From the sequence record OR620964.1: a stretch of DNA of 64,000 nucleotides, one strand, 5' to 3'. Each line of letters begins with the position of its first letter. Positions within the stretch are counted from its first letter, which is position 1. Positions 9,744-19,040 of this stretch are shown one piece after another. The notes beneath the pieces were generated by a model, which saw only the letters and a program-made list of their open reading frames with translations, did no database searches and was not told where the DNA came from. The translations under genes and the position numbers were made by a program.

Positions 9744-10526
9744 CTAGACGTATATTTCATTTACAAGGCGGTTGAGTTTACGTTCCATTTCTGATTTCTT
9801 ATGCGTACCTAAGAACATCAGAAGACGTGGACTCTGAATATGCAGCGCGACAGCATTGCCTCTTATACGAGCACTGGCTATTCCTAGCTTTGTGTTCCAC
9901 TCGTACCATGCACGAGGTCTGTGCATCAAGTTCTGTAGCGGCTGATAGGTATCGGGCGTCACGACAGCTCCACCTTTATCTAACTTCTTGGTCAAATTAT
10001 CAGTTTTGAACAAAGCGGGTGGTTGTTTACCGGAAAACCAGTAAGGTATTTGCTCATGCAGAACCTTTCCTATCTTCGGAATCTTTCCCTTTACTGGCTT
10101 GGGTACGAATACAAGATAGATATTCATCGTGCTGGACATACAATTTGCAACCACATTATAGCTTGAATCAATTGTGGTCTTAACCTCTGCCAGTGATAGT
10201 TGTTCTGTGAAGCGAATACGAGTTAACCATAAATTCAATTCTTTACGCTGCGCATGAATAAGTGATCTCGCCAGCTTTATACTATCCGACTTAAATCCAG
10301 GCACAGCGCGTAGTAGGAATTTGGTGCTGATTGTCGAAAGGCTAGATAAGAATCCCTGAACAGCACGTATCATACCAAGAGGCTGTGGTGCGGAGTTGAA
10401 TAGGTCTTGTGCGGTCTGTGTCGTTACATACGAGGCCCATGCATCTAAAAACTCAGGGTCTACACAATCAGGAAATGATTGTACGTCAAGCACAGTGCCA
10501 GCACCATAATCAGACAATCTTCCCAT
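9744..10526 (-). CDS. Hypothetical protein, 260 aa
   Basis: Tightly packed operonic ORF with RBS-like GGGAAA. Confidence 0.8.
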   Translation of the reverse strand: MGRLSDYGAGTVLDVQSFPDCVDPEFLDAWASYVTTQTAQDLFNSAPQPLGMIRAVQGFLSSLSTISTKFLLRAVPGFKSDSIKLARSLIHAQRKELNLWLTRIRFTEQLSLAEVKTTIDSSYNVVANCMSSTMNIYLVFVPKPVKGKIPKIGKVLHEQIPYWFSGKQPPALFKTDNLTKKLDKGGAVVTPDTYQPLQNLMHRPRAWYEWNTKLGIASARIRGNAVALHIQSPRLLMFLGTHKKSEMERKLNRLVNEIYV

Positions 10527-10528
10527 GT

Positions 10529-10888
10529 TTATTTCCCATGTAACAGTCGAGCACCGCGCTTGTTTGCTGTACCCAGTTTCTTTTTATCGCATGACTCACA
10601 TACCAACATGAGATTGCGCTTTGAATTGGAGCCACCAGCGGCATGAGTCACAATGTGATCAAGAATAAGACTTTGGGTAGACTTACCACACTTCTCACAG
10701 AATGCTCCACGCTCTCGCAGGATATCGGCTTTTAGTTGTGCCCAAGATGTCCTATCCATACGTGCATTGGTACCAACACGAAGACGATCGATACCCGTGC
10801 GTCCGGCTAAGCGTTGTGCTGTGCTAGGCTTTCCCCATCCACCTGAACCAGAACGTGCAGCTATACCACCACGTGGTCTGTACGCCAT
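10529..10888 (-). CDS. HNH endonuclease, small zinc-binding type
   Basis: CEKC...LDHIVTHAAGGSNSKRNLMLVCESCD matches CxxC-DH-GG-NL-CxxC; Arg/Gly-rich N-terminus. Confidence 0.8.
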   Translation of the reverse strand: MAYRPRGGIAARSGSGGWGKPSTAQRLAGRTGIDRLRVGTNARMDRTSWAQLKADILRERGAFCEKCGKSTQSLILDHIVTHAAGGSNSKRNLMLVCESCDKKKLGTANKRGARLLHGK

Positions 10889-10917
10889 TATACTATCCTC
10901 TATTTAGCAATCAAGTG

Positions 10918-10926
10918 TATTTACAG
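10918..10926 (-). promoter_or_regulatory. Putative phage promoter motif CTGTAAATA
   Basis: Exact motif in gene orientation, 30 nt upstream of the HNH ATG. Confidence 0.6.
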
Positions 10927-10928
10927 TT

Positions 10929-11768
10929 TTAGCCAAAGACTTCTACTGTTTTCGTCAAACTATTATGATAGTTCTGCTCCATATCCTTTGCACACTTACG
11001 GACGATTATATCCGATGCCTCACGGAAGTTAGCAATTGTATGCTCAGGCATGTTAGCTTTAGCCCACGCATTGACTGCCTGATGGAATCCTATAAGGCTA
11101 GTTGCATTAGCTTGAGCAAGAGGGCCAAGGACTTCTGCGTTTAGTGTATCACCGAGTTGACCTACGTCTCGGAGTGCCCGCATGTCAGCAATGATCTCAC
11201 GCATCTGGTCATAGATTTTCATCAACGCATACACATCACGGCTCTGTTTCTTGGCGAAGTAGAGACGTTCGCATATACGTGCCATGCGTCGTAGCTTAGT
11301 AAACATCACTTGGTATTCAGTTAACTGGTCGTTCTCTTGCTTGACCGCATCTGGAATAGCAGCAAGAACATCCTGCATCTGTGCATCAAGGTCTCGGCCC
11401 TCATTCGCACTAGGCAGAGCTAATCCTGTTTTCTTCTTTTTCTTCTTCTTAATTGTTTCTTCTACAACATCCTTCTTCTTCTTCTTTTTAGTTTTTACCA
11501 TAGTCTGCTCTTTAGCAGCAGCGATATCCGCATACATGCTGGCAGCATCTAAGGCAATAGCATCTGGATCAAACTTCTCTGTCTTCTTCTTTTTAACTTT
11601 AGAGCTAGTTATTATTTTGACTTTCTTTGCCTTAGTCGGAGTAGATACTGACTTGGCTGGCTTAGCTGTGGACTTGGCCTTTATTGTTTTCTTCTTTTTC
11701 TTAGTGCTTGACTTAGATGCCGTTCTTCCAATAGCATCCAGATCATCGAGACTGATTGATGTGGCCAT
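10929..11768 (-). CDS. Hypothetical protein with Lys-rich N-terminal half and helical C-terminal domain
   Basis: Start refined to ATG 11768 (GGGG RBS); several KKKKK runs. Confidence 0.85.
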   Translation of the reverse strand: MATSISLDDLDAIGRTASKSSTKKKKKTIKAKSTAKPAKSVSTPTKAKKVKIITSSKVKKKKTEKFDPDAIALDAASMYADIAAAKEQTMVKTKKKKKKDVVEETIKKKKKKKTGLALPSANEGRDLDAQMQDVLAAIPDAVKQENDQLTEYQVMFTKLRRMARICERLYFAKKQSRDVYALMKIYDQMREIIADMRALRDVGQLGDTLNAEVLGPLAQANATSLIGFHQAVNAWAKANMPEHTIANFREASDIIVRKCAKDMEQNYHNSLTKTVEVFG

Positions 11769-11788
11769 ATTAATCCCCAAGAAACGAT

Positions 11789-11809
11789 AAAGGGAACCCG
11801 TAGGCTCCC
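11789..11809 (-). terminator. Rho-independent terminator
   Basis: GGGAGCC-TACG-GGTTCCC-TTT on the minus strand. Confidence 0.7.
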
Positions 11810-11823
11810 TTTTGGGTTTGTTG

Positions 11824-12636
11824 TTAGAAGCTATAGTTACGGATGATGCCTTCTACTTTTGCGAAATACTCAGGGCTATAGCTGAATACACGCGCATAGT
11901 AGTTAACCAACTTCTCAACATCAATACCACCAGCAGCAGAAACAGAATCCAGTGCTGGGAATTGCTTCTCATCAAGCTGGTCTGCATCGAGACGACTAAC
12001 CATGCTCTTGCTTGAGATAACTTCTTCTTGTGTTTCGCCTGAGCCAAGAACGACGAAGCCGTGTTGGTCAAGGTCTTGATACTGTGCTACTACGAAGCCT
12101 GTCTTAGCAACACCTGATGCTGATACGTATTGTACCATATCACCACCACGTGCACCTGCCAGATACAGTTCGATTGAATCAACTGCTTGAGCTACTTCTG
12201 GCGCATAGTTACGCAGAGTAGTTGCTTCCAGATTGCTTGAGCATGAGTGAATCATTTCAATCAATGCTGCATTATCATCAACGTCTGAGGTACGAACCAG
12301 TACATCACCTGATTCGGAATGGCGCATAGTCCACAAACGTTCGGTCTTATCCATGTACATGTTGGCGCTAATGCTTGACATGCCTTCACGGGCTTCGGCA
12401 GGCAATACGTCTTGTGTACGGGTCAAGATGGTACGAACGAAAGTGCTAGTTGCACCACTACCAGCATTGATAACAATAGTAGAGCCGGCAACTGGCGCCA
12501 TTTCACGGTTGCAAGACTCAGAAACAGCAGCACCAAAGTTGTCGTTGATAACTTCGCCACGCGCGTGAACGATCTGTGCAATAACAGCACATTGTGTTGG
12601 GCTGATAGATTCAACCTGTTTGATGTAAGCCTTCAT
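11824..12636 (-). CDS. Hypothetical protein, 270 aa, possibly virion structural
   Basis: GGAG RBS; the structural role is inferred from context only. Confidence 0.8.
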   Translation of the reverse strand: MKAYIKQVESISPTQCAVIAQIVHARGEVINDNFGAAVSESCNREMAPVAGSTIVINAGSGATSTFVRTILTRTQDVLPAEAREGMSSISANMYMDKTERLWTMRHSESGDVLVRTSDVDDNAALIEMIHSCSSNLEATTLRNYAPEVAQAVDSIELYLAGARGGDMVQYVSASGVAKTGFVVAQYQDLDQHGFVVLGSGETQEEVISSKSMVSRLDADQLDEKQFPALDSVSAAGGIDVEKLVNYYARVFSYSPEYFAKVEGIIRNYSF

Positions 12637-12684
12637 TGTCTTCTCCTGAATGTTTAGACTGTATGAAATTAGGATATAGAGGTT

Positions 12685-13848
12685 TTAATGCGATACTTTG
12701 TAGCGCGAGTTCACCCAAATATTACGGTTACCTGTGATAGCCCACTTAGTAGTAGGAGCATTGATAATACCTAGGCGTCCCATAGCACGAGAGCCATCAA
12801 TAGCACTTCCTCCTTGTGAACCATCACCATCATTAACTCCAGCTTTGGACAACAATCGCTTCAAGTTAGTGACAGGGCCTTGAATCTGTGTTTCAATACG
12901 TCCTAGCGCTGCTTCGATGCTTGGCGTTCTATCCATGTTCAAGTTAACTACTTGCCCTGTGAAGTCGAAAGCCAATTGTCCCTCAGCCTGTAGCTGTGCG
13001 GCTAGTGCGTAGTAACAGCTACACACAACCCACCCATCAAGGATCGTACCTTGCATATTGGTTCCATTGAAACCAGTAACACGAGGCCCGACTTGGTTGA
13101 ATAGCGCAAGCCCACGATGCAGATAGCCAATAATCTGAGACTGTGTATATTCTAGCTCAGGTATGACGTTAGCGGCACGGGCTTTATCAATGTGGTCTTC
13201 AACCATTGAGGCAGCAACAAGTATCTGAGGGGTTATCGCCCAAAGTTTATAACTATACATTCGGGCTGTCTTACGTTGGTTGCATTCATGTGTAGCGATG
13301 AATGACATTGGTTCCAACTTACGACTAGCAGCCCACAGCGGGACACGAAACGCACACGTCTTGGCCCGGTTAGCCAACATTCGAATGCCCTCTGTTCCTT
13401 GATCCACACGATCCATTAGAACTTGGTTATTCAATGCTAACTGGAAACGCAATTTATCGCCTTGAATGTTGAAGTGAAAGGGCAGCGTTATATCAAACTG
13501 TTCTTCCTCACCAATCATTGTAACGATATCAGACACACGGTTTTCGGTAGAAGGCTCAACAATAATATCTTGCTTTGCACGAACCAAGCCTTCTTCTGAA
13601 TCATAGCGCCAAGAAAGTATGAAGCGCTTATCATCAAACAGTCCGAGATTAGGGATTGCAATATCAGCAGTCCAGCCTCCGGGCGTCTCACTAACAGTTG
13701 CTACTACCTGAACGATTTGGGCATTGTCCTCTGGATCAATAAGAGTAACAATAGGTCCCATATCATCTTTTAAGGGAAATAGCGGGTCATCATGGTCATC
13801 AAGAAATATCTCATCGACCGAGATGATATTACCTTCAACAACGCGCAT
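12685..13848 (-). CDS. Hypothetical protein, 387 aa, possibly virion neck or head-completion protein
   Basis: Long ORF with beta-rich N-terminus and helical C-terminus; function tentative. Confidence 0.75.
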   Translation of the reverse strand: MRVVEGNIISVDEIFLDDHDDPLFPLKDDMGPIVTLIDPEDNAQIVQVVATVSETPGGWTADIAIPNLGLFDDKRFILSWRYDSEEGLVRAKQDIIVEPSTENRVSDIVTMIGEEEQFDITLPFHFNIQGDKLRFQLALNNQVLMDRVDQGTEGIRMLANRAKTCAFRVPLWAASRKLEPMSFIATHECNQRKTARMYSYKLWAITPQILVAASMVEDHIDKARAANVIPELEYTQSQIIGYLHRGLALFNQVGPRVTGFNGTNMQGTILDGWVVCSCYYALAAQLQAEGQLAFDFTGQVVNLNMDRTPSIEAALGRIETQIQGPVTNLKRLLSKAGVNDGDGSQGGSAIDGSRAMGRLGIINAPTTKWAITGNRNIWVNSRYKVSH

Positions 13849-13850
13849 GA

Positions 13851-14954
13851 TTAACCTACCTTAGTCAGTGCGAGATATTCAATCAGCGTTCGAAGTTGAT
13901 CGTTATACGTCCCATTGATAAGAGCGCGAGCCATCATCAATTGATTACTTGATACAAGACGCACGATTTTTGCTTGATACTCAGGGCTGGCTTGCATGTT
14001 CTGCGACAGGATATAAAAGAAACTATTACAGAACGTAGTGCGTGATACTTGGCCGCCTTCTAAATCAGACACATCCTGATGGGCTTTTAACAGGCAATAT
14101 AATGCTGCATGAAGCTCATCACTATTATCAGGCATGTTGGTTGATAGTGCGGCACTGATCTTCATGATACCAGCAGCGAGGAAATCAACAACGTTTTTAT
14201 CTACATACTTCGACGCTTCTGGTGCAAGGTCAGGCAAGTATACCCAGTCCATGAGATAGAGCGTGTAGTATAGTGGGAAAGACTTATCAATAACATCAGG
14301 CATAATGCCAACAGAGAAATCTTTCCACATAGCCAGATTGTAGTGCCACTCGGTGAATGGAACAGTACGCATCAAAGGTGATAGACCGAGTCCCCAATCT
14401 TGTGTTTTGAGACTAGACACATCGGGCAAGTTTGTAATAGGCCCGTATGAAGACTGTGTTACCAGATTTACGTAGTTACGAGTAATGGCACCAATCGTAT
14501 TGTATAGCACATTCAGGATATCTATTCCATTCCCATTCAAGCCGAACATCATGGAACGAGGGATACTGATAGTGATATACTCATTGGCTCTCTCTTGTCC
14601 CCATAATCGCCAATAGCGAGCACGTCCGTTAATGTACAAGGGCTTAGGCAGGTTCTTCCTGACTCTAGGTACCATGCTGAATGTAAACACGATACCTGTA
14701 TCTACCATGATGACAGATTTATCAGGGACGCCCGCGAATCCAATGGACATCTTGTTATCAGGCGCATATGCATTCACAAGAGTAAATGATAGCGACTTAA
14801 CAAACGGTAGTTGCGCCGCAGCAAGGTCGGATATCACTTGCTTGACGATAGGTCCAAGAGAGTATGAGTTGGAGCTACGCATCTGGTTAGGTCTATACAA
14901 ACCAGAGTGTGCTCCTTCCTTAAAGCTCCGAGATACCTTAGTGTGTTGGATCAC
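13851..14954 (-). CDS. Hypothetical protein, 367 aa
   Basis: GTG start overlapping the upstream TGA (GTGA). Confidence 0.8.
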   Translation of the reverse strand: MIQHTKVSRSFKEGAHSGLYRPNQMRSSNSYSLGPIVKQVISDLAAAQLPFVKSLSFTLVNAYAPDNKMSIGFAGVPDKSVIMVDTGIVFTFSMVPRVRKNLPKPLYINGRARYWRLWGQERANEYITISIPRSMMFGLNGNGIDILNVLYNTIGAITRNYVNLVTQSSYGPITNLPDVSSLKTQDWGLGLSPLMRTVPFTEWHYNLAMWKDFSVGIMPDVIDKSFPLYYTLYLMDWVYLPDLAPEASKYVDKNVVDFLAAGIMKISAALSTNMPDNSDELHAALYCLLKAHQDVSDLEGGQVSRTTFCNSFFYILSQNMQASPEYQAKIVRLVSSNQLMMARALINGTYNDQLRTLIEYLALTKVG

Positions 14955-16228
14955 TTCACAGATTGCTTCAAGAGTCGTTTCTGATCAGGATTCAAGCCAA
15001 ACACTTCGGCAACTTGATCAATCTTAGCAAGAGTCAATACGCCCTTAGCTGTACCACCAGATGAAGTCAGTGATACCTCTACGAACTCACGACCACCACG
15101 TCCTTTAACAAGACGATGAATCATGCTGTTCTTACCATTCTTACCAGAGCGCAATACAACGGATGCCATTGCAAGAACTTCTTGAACTGCTTGTTTCTTC
15201 TCGGCAGGAGTAAGGCCGCGAATAAGACGAACATACAGCTTATCGTTCTGCACACGGACGTTATCGAGAATCTCAACTTGACGTCCTGCAACTGTGTGGT
15301 CACGTTGACCAAGCATGGTTGTATTACGAATTGTAGAAGTATCTTTGTTGATAGGCTTACGCTCACTGTAGTTCAAGAAGCCATCTACAGCCAACAGACT
15401 GTTGATTGCTTTCTTAAGTGAAGGTGCTGTTTCAACAATACGACCCATAGGGAATGAGCCAGGTACTTTCTCATCCACAAGCGTAGTCACGTAGTTAGTA
15501 GACAGGCCGGTCGCAAGTGCAATAGACGTAGACAGAACTACTGCATAGTTCTGGTAGTGATCGCCATCTGAGTTAACAAAGTTATCAACAAAGATATAGG
15601 TCTGGAATGTAATTGGATCAACACCAGACGCGATGAATGTACGCATACGGATTTTGCTGAACTGTTCTTTATTAAGAATCTTAGTCAGGTAGTTGGCAAT
15701 TGTAGCAGCCAGCTTGGTATGCTCAGGAGGTGCATCTTTCTTAACATCAATGCTCATCAACTTAACCATCTTAGTCTGCAACTCTTGTGCCTGTTTGATA
15801 ACAGTCAGAAGGTTGGAAGCAGCCTGTGTCTGGTTTTTAAATGAAGCAAATGTCTTGCTGCTTAGAATCTGGTAAGCAACATTCAATTCTGCCAGCGCTT
15901 GATTAAGCTGACCTACTTGTCGATTATACTTGGCTTTAGATTGAACATCTGTGATATCCAGTTTAGAGATATCAATAACAGACGTAAGGTCGATTGTCTT
16001 GGACTGTTTACTTTTGATTGATTCAAGGTCAGATAGCTCTATGGCCTTAGCTGATACGGACGCAAGTTTGGTAGGAATCTTGTATCCCGATACGCTCTCA
16101 ACAATGCCATTCAGTAAGTTGGTAAACTCAGTAGCAGTGCGGGCGCCACGCAATGAATTCATGTTCTTACTACTGTAGTTAATAGAGGTGCTGATAGCAA
16201 CCTCTGTCTTTTTGGCAGTCTTAGCCAT
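14951..16228 (-). CDS. Hypothetical protein, 425 aa, possibly virion structural
   Basis: GAGG RBS; long ORF. Confidence 0.85.
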   Translation of the reverse strand: MAKTAKKTEVAISTSINYSSKNMNSLRGARTATEFTNLLNGIVESVSGYKIPTKLASVSAKAIELSDLESIKSKQSKTIDLTSVIDISKLDITDVQSKAKYNRQVGQLNQALAELNVAYQILSSKTFASFKNQTQAASNLLTVIKQAQELQTKMVKLMSIDVKKDAPPEHTKLAATIANYLTKILNKEQFSKIRMRTFIASGVDPITFQTYIFVDNFVNSDGDHYQNYAVVLSTSIALATGLSTNYVTTLVDEKVPGSFPMGRIVETAPSLKKAINSLLAVDGFLNYSERKPINKDTSTIRNTTMLGQRDHTVAGRQVEILDNVRVQNDKLYVRLIRGLTPAEKKQAVQEVLAMASVVLRSGKNGKNSMIHRLVKGRGGREFVEVSLTSSGGTAKGVLTLAKIDQVAEVFGLNPDQKRLLKQSVK

Positions 16229-16310
16229 GATCGTCCTCTGCTTGTTGGAATTCGGATTACGTTAAAAATTAGATAAAAAGGTGTCAGATGCAGATAATAT
16301 TGCGCAATTG

Positions 16311-16319
16311 TATTTACAG
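16311..16319 (-). promoter_or_regulatory. Putative phage promoter motif CTGTAAATA inside a hairpin loop
   Basis: Exact motif flanked by inverted repeat arms 16290-16304 and 16327-16341. Confidence 0.55.
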
Positions 16320-16367
16320 GAAATCACGCAGTAATATCTGCTCTGGTTGAAATTAGTCACAGAACGT

Positions 16368-16397
16368 AAAAAGGGCAACCCGAAGGCCGCCCTTTTT
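16368..16397 (-). terminator. Rho-independent terminator, possibly bidirectional
   Basis: GGGCGGCC-TTCG-GGTTGCCC with T tracts on both strands, after the histone-like gene. Confidence 0.85.
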
Positions 16398-16427
16398 GTT
16401 TTATAAACTGTGTACTGTTACCGTAGA

Positions 16428-17126
16428 TTATACAGTTACTTTACCAGTCTTTTTGGTACGTGTTGCTTTCTTAGCGCCGGCTTTCTTAGCAGCATCATGC
16501 TTAACTGGTGCTTTCTTGGCGGTAGTTTCTTTACCGTTTTTCAGACGCGGAACTGGCTTCAACGTAGGCTTAATCAGTTTGATTTTAACTGCTTTAGCTT
16601 TAGGAGTCACGATCTTGTTGCCTTTAACAACTGGCTTACGCGCCAGACGTGCTTCCATACGAGCTTTCTGACGCAGTACCAAGTTCTGTTGTGCGGCTTT
16701 CTGTTTAGCGCCCAGGTTCTGACGGACAACTTTCTGGCGTGAAGCCATCAGTTTACGAACAGTCTGTTGAGATTTCTTGGTCGCTTTGATGCCGGCTTTG
16801 TATTTAGCCATACGCTCTTTCAGGCGTTGTTCCAGAGATTTGGTTTTAGCTTTAACACGCGCACCCTTCAGGTGTTTCGCACGTTCGCTATCAAATTTCT
16901 TGTCGGACGCATCTTTCTTAGTTGCTTTAGCTTTGGTAGCTTTTGCTTTAGGAGCAGCAGCGGCTTTTGGCTTAGCAGCCTTTGGTGCTTTGGCAGCTTT
17001 AGGCTTAGCGGCCTTAGGTGCTTTTACGGCTTTTGCCTTGGCAGCTTTTGGTGCTTTAGCCTTAACTTTAGAACCGCCTTTCTTTGGATCTTTAGGGCTG
17101 GTCAACTTACGATTTACTTTAGCCAT
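16428..17126 (-). CDS. Histone H1-like Lys/Ala-rich DNA-binding protein, 232 aa
   Basis: About 64 Lys and about 10 acidic residues by hand count; KAPKAAK/KPKAAK repeats; GAGG RBS; AT-rich upstream region; own terminator. Confidence 0.8.
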   Translation of the reverse strand: MAKVNRKLTSPKDPKKGGSKVKAKAPKAAKAKAVKAPKAAKPKAAKAPKAAKPKAAAAPKAKATKAKATKKDASDKKFDSERAKHLKGARVKAKTKSLEQRLKERMAKYKAGIKATKKSQQTVRKLMASRQKVVRQNLGAKQKAAQQNLVLRQKARMEARLARKPVVKGNKIVTPKAKAVKIKLIKPTLKPVPRLKNGKETTAKKAPVKHDAAKKAGAKKATRTKKTGKVTV

Positions 17127-17269
17127 GATACATTCCTCGTTTCATTTATTGTTGCCTCTCTTTGAGGCGTAGAGAATTAAATTCGTTCTGCACAGGAAAA
17201 TTAGTATATTTATTTTGTTTTAGCAGGTATTTATTTTAAATTTATTTCAAATAGTTTCTACTATATTTC

Positions 17270-18316
17270 CTATGAAGCAGTACCTAATTCAGACCTTATT
17301 TTGGCTATTTCTTTCATGGCTCTATCACGCATATGCTTCTTAATCCCTGACTCTTTTAAGAAAGAACGTAGACCGTCAGTAGGATCTATATCCGATACTT
17401 GTTGCTCCGATACATCGATAGTATCTACATTGTTAATATCTATTTTCTTATTTGTGGCATAGAGCTGGGCAATGTTTGGTACGCGTGTTCTTATATCGCC
17501 AGGTATAGTTATACTATCCTTAACGTAGACACGATATCGTATTGCCGCATTGACATCAAGCTGAGACCATTGCTTCTGGTCTGTAATCATAACAGTCTCG
17601 AAGCGGAAGCCAGGCTTACTATCAACAAACTTGTGTTTGACCACCAGCTTCTTCTTAACGTACTCTGCCTTGAAGTGAATGAATCCTTTAGGCAATCCCT
17701 CACCAAATGTTTTCTGATAAGGACTACCATTGTACAGGAAGCGCTTGGCCTCAAGATACTGGTATAAATGGATATGACCACTAATAGTAAAATCGCGTTC
17801 ATCTACTTTGAGATCTTTCTTAGTGCGTAGTGGACGACCATTATCACCAAGTGCACCTATTGCTTCCGTATGACAGAAGTTTAGACAAGGCTTCTTATGC
17901 TTGATAGACTTACGCGCAGGGAAAGGTAGGAAGTTAACAATCACTCCATCTATCTCTACTTGCTTTGGTCTAAGGAAGATATGAAGTGATTTTAAGAAAT
18001 CCCAATCACAAAAGCGCTTGATCAGATCCATAGACGTTTGGGTATTATCCGCCCAATCATGGTTACCACCACAGTACCACGACTCGATGATACCTTCGTA
18101 CTTACGGAAGTGCTGCAACAGCAACTCTTTCGTAGTATCTGCCATAGTATACTTATCTGTGATATCGCCAGGAATGATTACATGCTTGATTCCATGCTCG
18201 ACTGCATAGTTATAGATTCTATCTATTGTCTCAAGCTGACGTTGAATATGGTCTTGGGGGAAATGATTTGCCAGCGCTTCAAAGTGCCAGTCTGAGGTTG
18301 ATATACCTTCGAACAT
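17270..18316 (-). CDS. sbcD: SbcD/Mre11/gp47-like metallophosphoesterase nuclease
   Basis: Motifs SDWH, PGDITD, GGNHD, FCHT, SGHIH. Confidence 0.9.
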   Translation of the reverse strand: MFEGISTSDWHFEALANHFPQDHIQRQLETIDRIYNYAVEHGIKHVIIPGDITDKYTMADTTKELLLQHFRKYEGIIESWYCGGNHDWADNTQTSMDLIKRFCDWDFLKSLHIFLRPKQVEIDGVIVNFLPFPARKSIKHKKPCLNFCHTEAIGALGDNGRPLRTKKDLKVDERDFTISGHIHLYQYLEAKRFLYNGSPYQKTFGEGLPKGFIHFKAEYVKKKLVVKHKFVDSKPGFRFETVMITDQKQWSQLDVNAAIRYRVYVKDSITIPGDIRTRVPNIAQLYATNKKIDINNVDTIDVSEQQVSDIDPTDGLRSFLKESGIKKHMRDRAMKEIAKIRSELGTAS

Positions 18317-18348
18317 TAGTATTGTCTCTAATTGTTTTCTATATGCCT

Positions 18349-18357
18349 TATTTACAG
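18349..18357 (-). promoter_or_regulatory. Putative phage promoter motif CTGTAAATA
   Basis: Exact motif right after a terminator, 33 nt upstream of the sbcD ATG. Confidence 0.6.
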
Positions 18358-18380
18358 AAATGGGCAGCCGAAGCCACCCA
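18358..18380 (-). terminator. Rho-independent terminator
   Basis: TGGGTGGC-TTCG-GCTGCCCA-TTT. Confidence 0.75.
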
Positions 18381-18387
18381 TTATATT

Positions 18388-18477
18388 CTACTTAACCTGC
18401 TCGCGTAGTTCTTTAATACGATTGACGCTCTTTTCCATTTCGCCAAGAAGGCGAAACACTTCACCATAGTTAATCAT
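18388..18477 (-). CDS. Small 29-aa protein MINYGEVFRLLGEMEKSVNRIKELREQVK, absent from the ORF track
   Basis: ATG overlaps the YspA TGA (ATGA); ends just before a terminator; amphipathic helix pattern. Confidence 0.6.
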   Translation of the reverse strand: MINYGEVFRLLGEMEKSVNRIKELREQVK

Positions 18478-18998
18478 CTTTTGTTCTCCGTTACGAATCT
18501 GCCAGTTTCTTTAAAACTTAACCAGTCGCGCCATAGATACAGGACTCTCTTTTGATTAGCTAGTGCGTAATCAATACAGTTCTGTGTTCCAGAGGGCGCA
18601 CCAGAAGAGAGCGCAAATATCGTATCACTCTCTTTTACTATTGCGTGGTTACGAGTATCCAACGCAATCACGGGCGTTATTAACGCAAGCATTTCTTTAT
18701 CAGTTATAATACGGACTTCAGAGCTTCTGTTTAGGATAGTATCCAAATCTAGAACGCTCGCCAAAGGCCATCGTGCATTAAATCCAAGGTAGGGAATCAT
18801 ACTGATAACCTTATGCCCTTGTTCTATTGCAGCAACAGCCATTGCTTGGTCGAAGCCTAGCGCACATCCTTGTACAATAGTAACATCTGTATCTAACCTG
18901 AGTAGGATACGATGCGCGAAGCGATATAACTTTTTCTTAGCTATCGCTCCATATCCACCTAGGCGATTAGGTCTATGTCCAGTAACACCAACGATCAT
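18474..18998 (-). CDS. YspA/DUF1273 SLOG-family protein
   Basis: IVGVTGHRP, QGCALGFDQ, RNHAIV, SGAPSGTQNCIDYA. Confidence 0.8.
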   Translation of the reverse strand: MIVGVTGHRPNRLGGYGAIAKKKLYRFAHRILLRLDTDVTIVQGCALGFDQAMAVAAIEQGHKVISMIPYLGFNARWPLASVLDLDTILNRSSEVRIITDKEMLALITPVIALDTRNHAIVKESDTIFALSSGAPSGTQNCIDYALANQKRVLYLWRDWLSFKETGRFVTENKR

Positions 18999-19020
18999 AT
19001 ATGTCTCCTTTACCTATATG

Positions 19021-19029
19021 TATTTACAG
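19021..19029 (-). promoter_or_regulatory. Putative phage promoter motif CTGTAAATA
   Basis: Exact motif 23 nt upstream of the YspA ATG. Confidence 0.6.
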
Positions 19030-19040
19030 ATAAAGGTAGT

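Noticed and set aside
10929-11768. Possible terminase small subunit
   Set aside because: Size and helical pattern are compatible, but there is no diagnostic motif and no large terminase nearby
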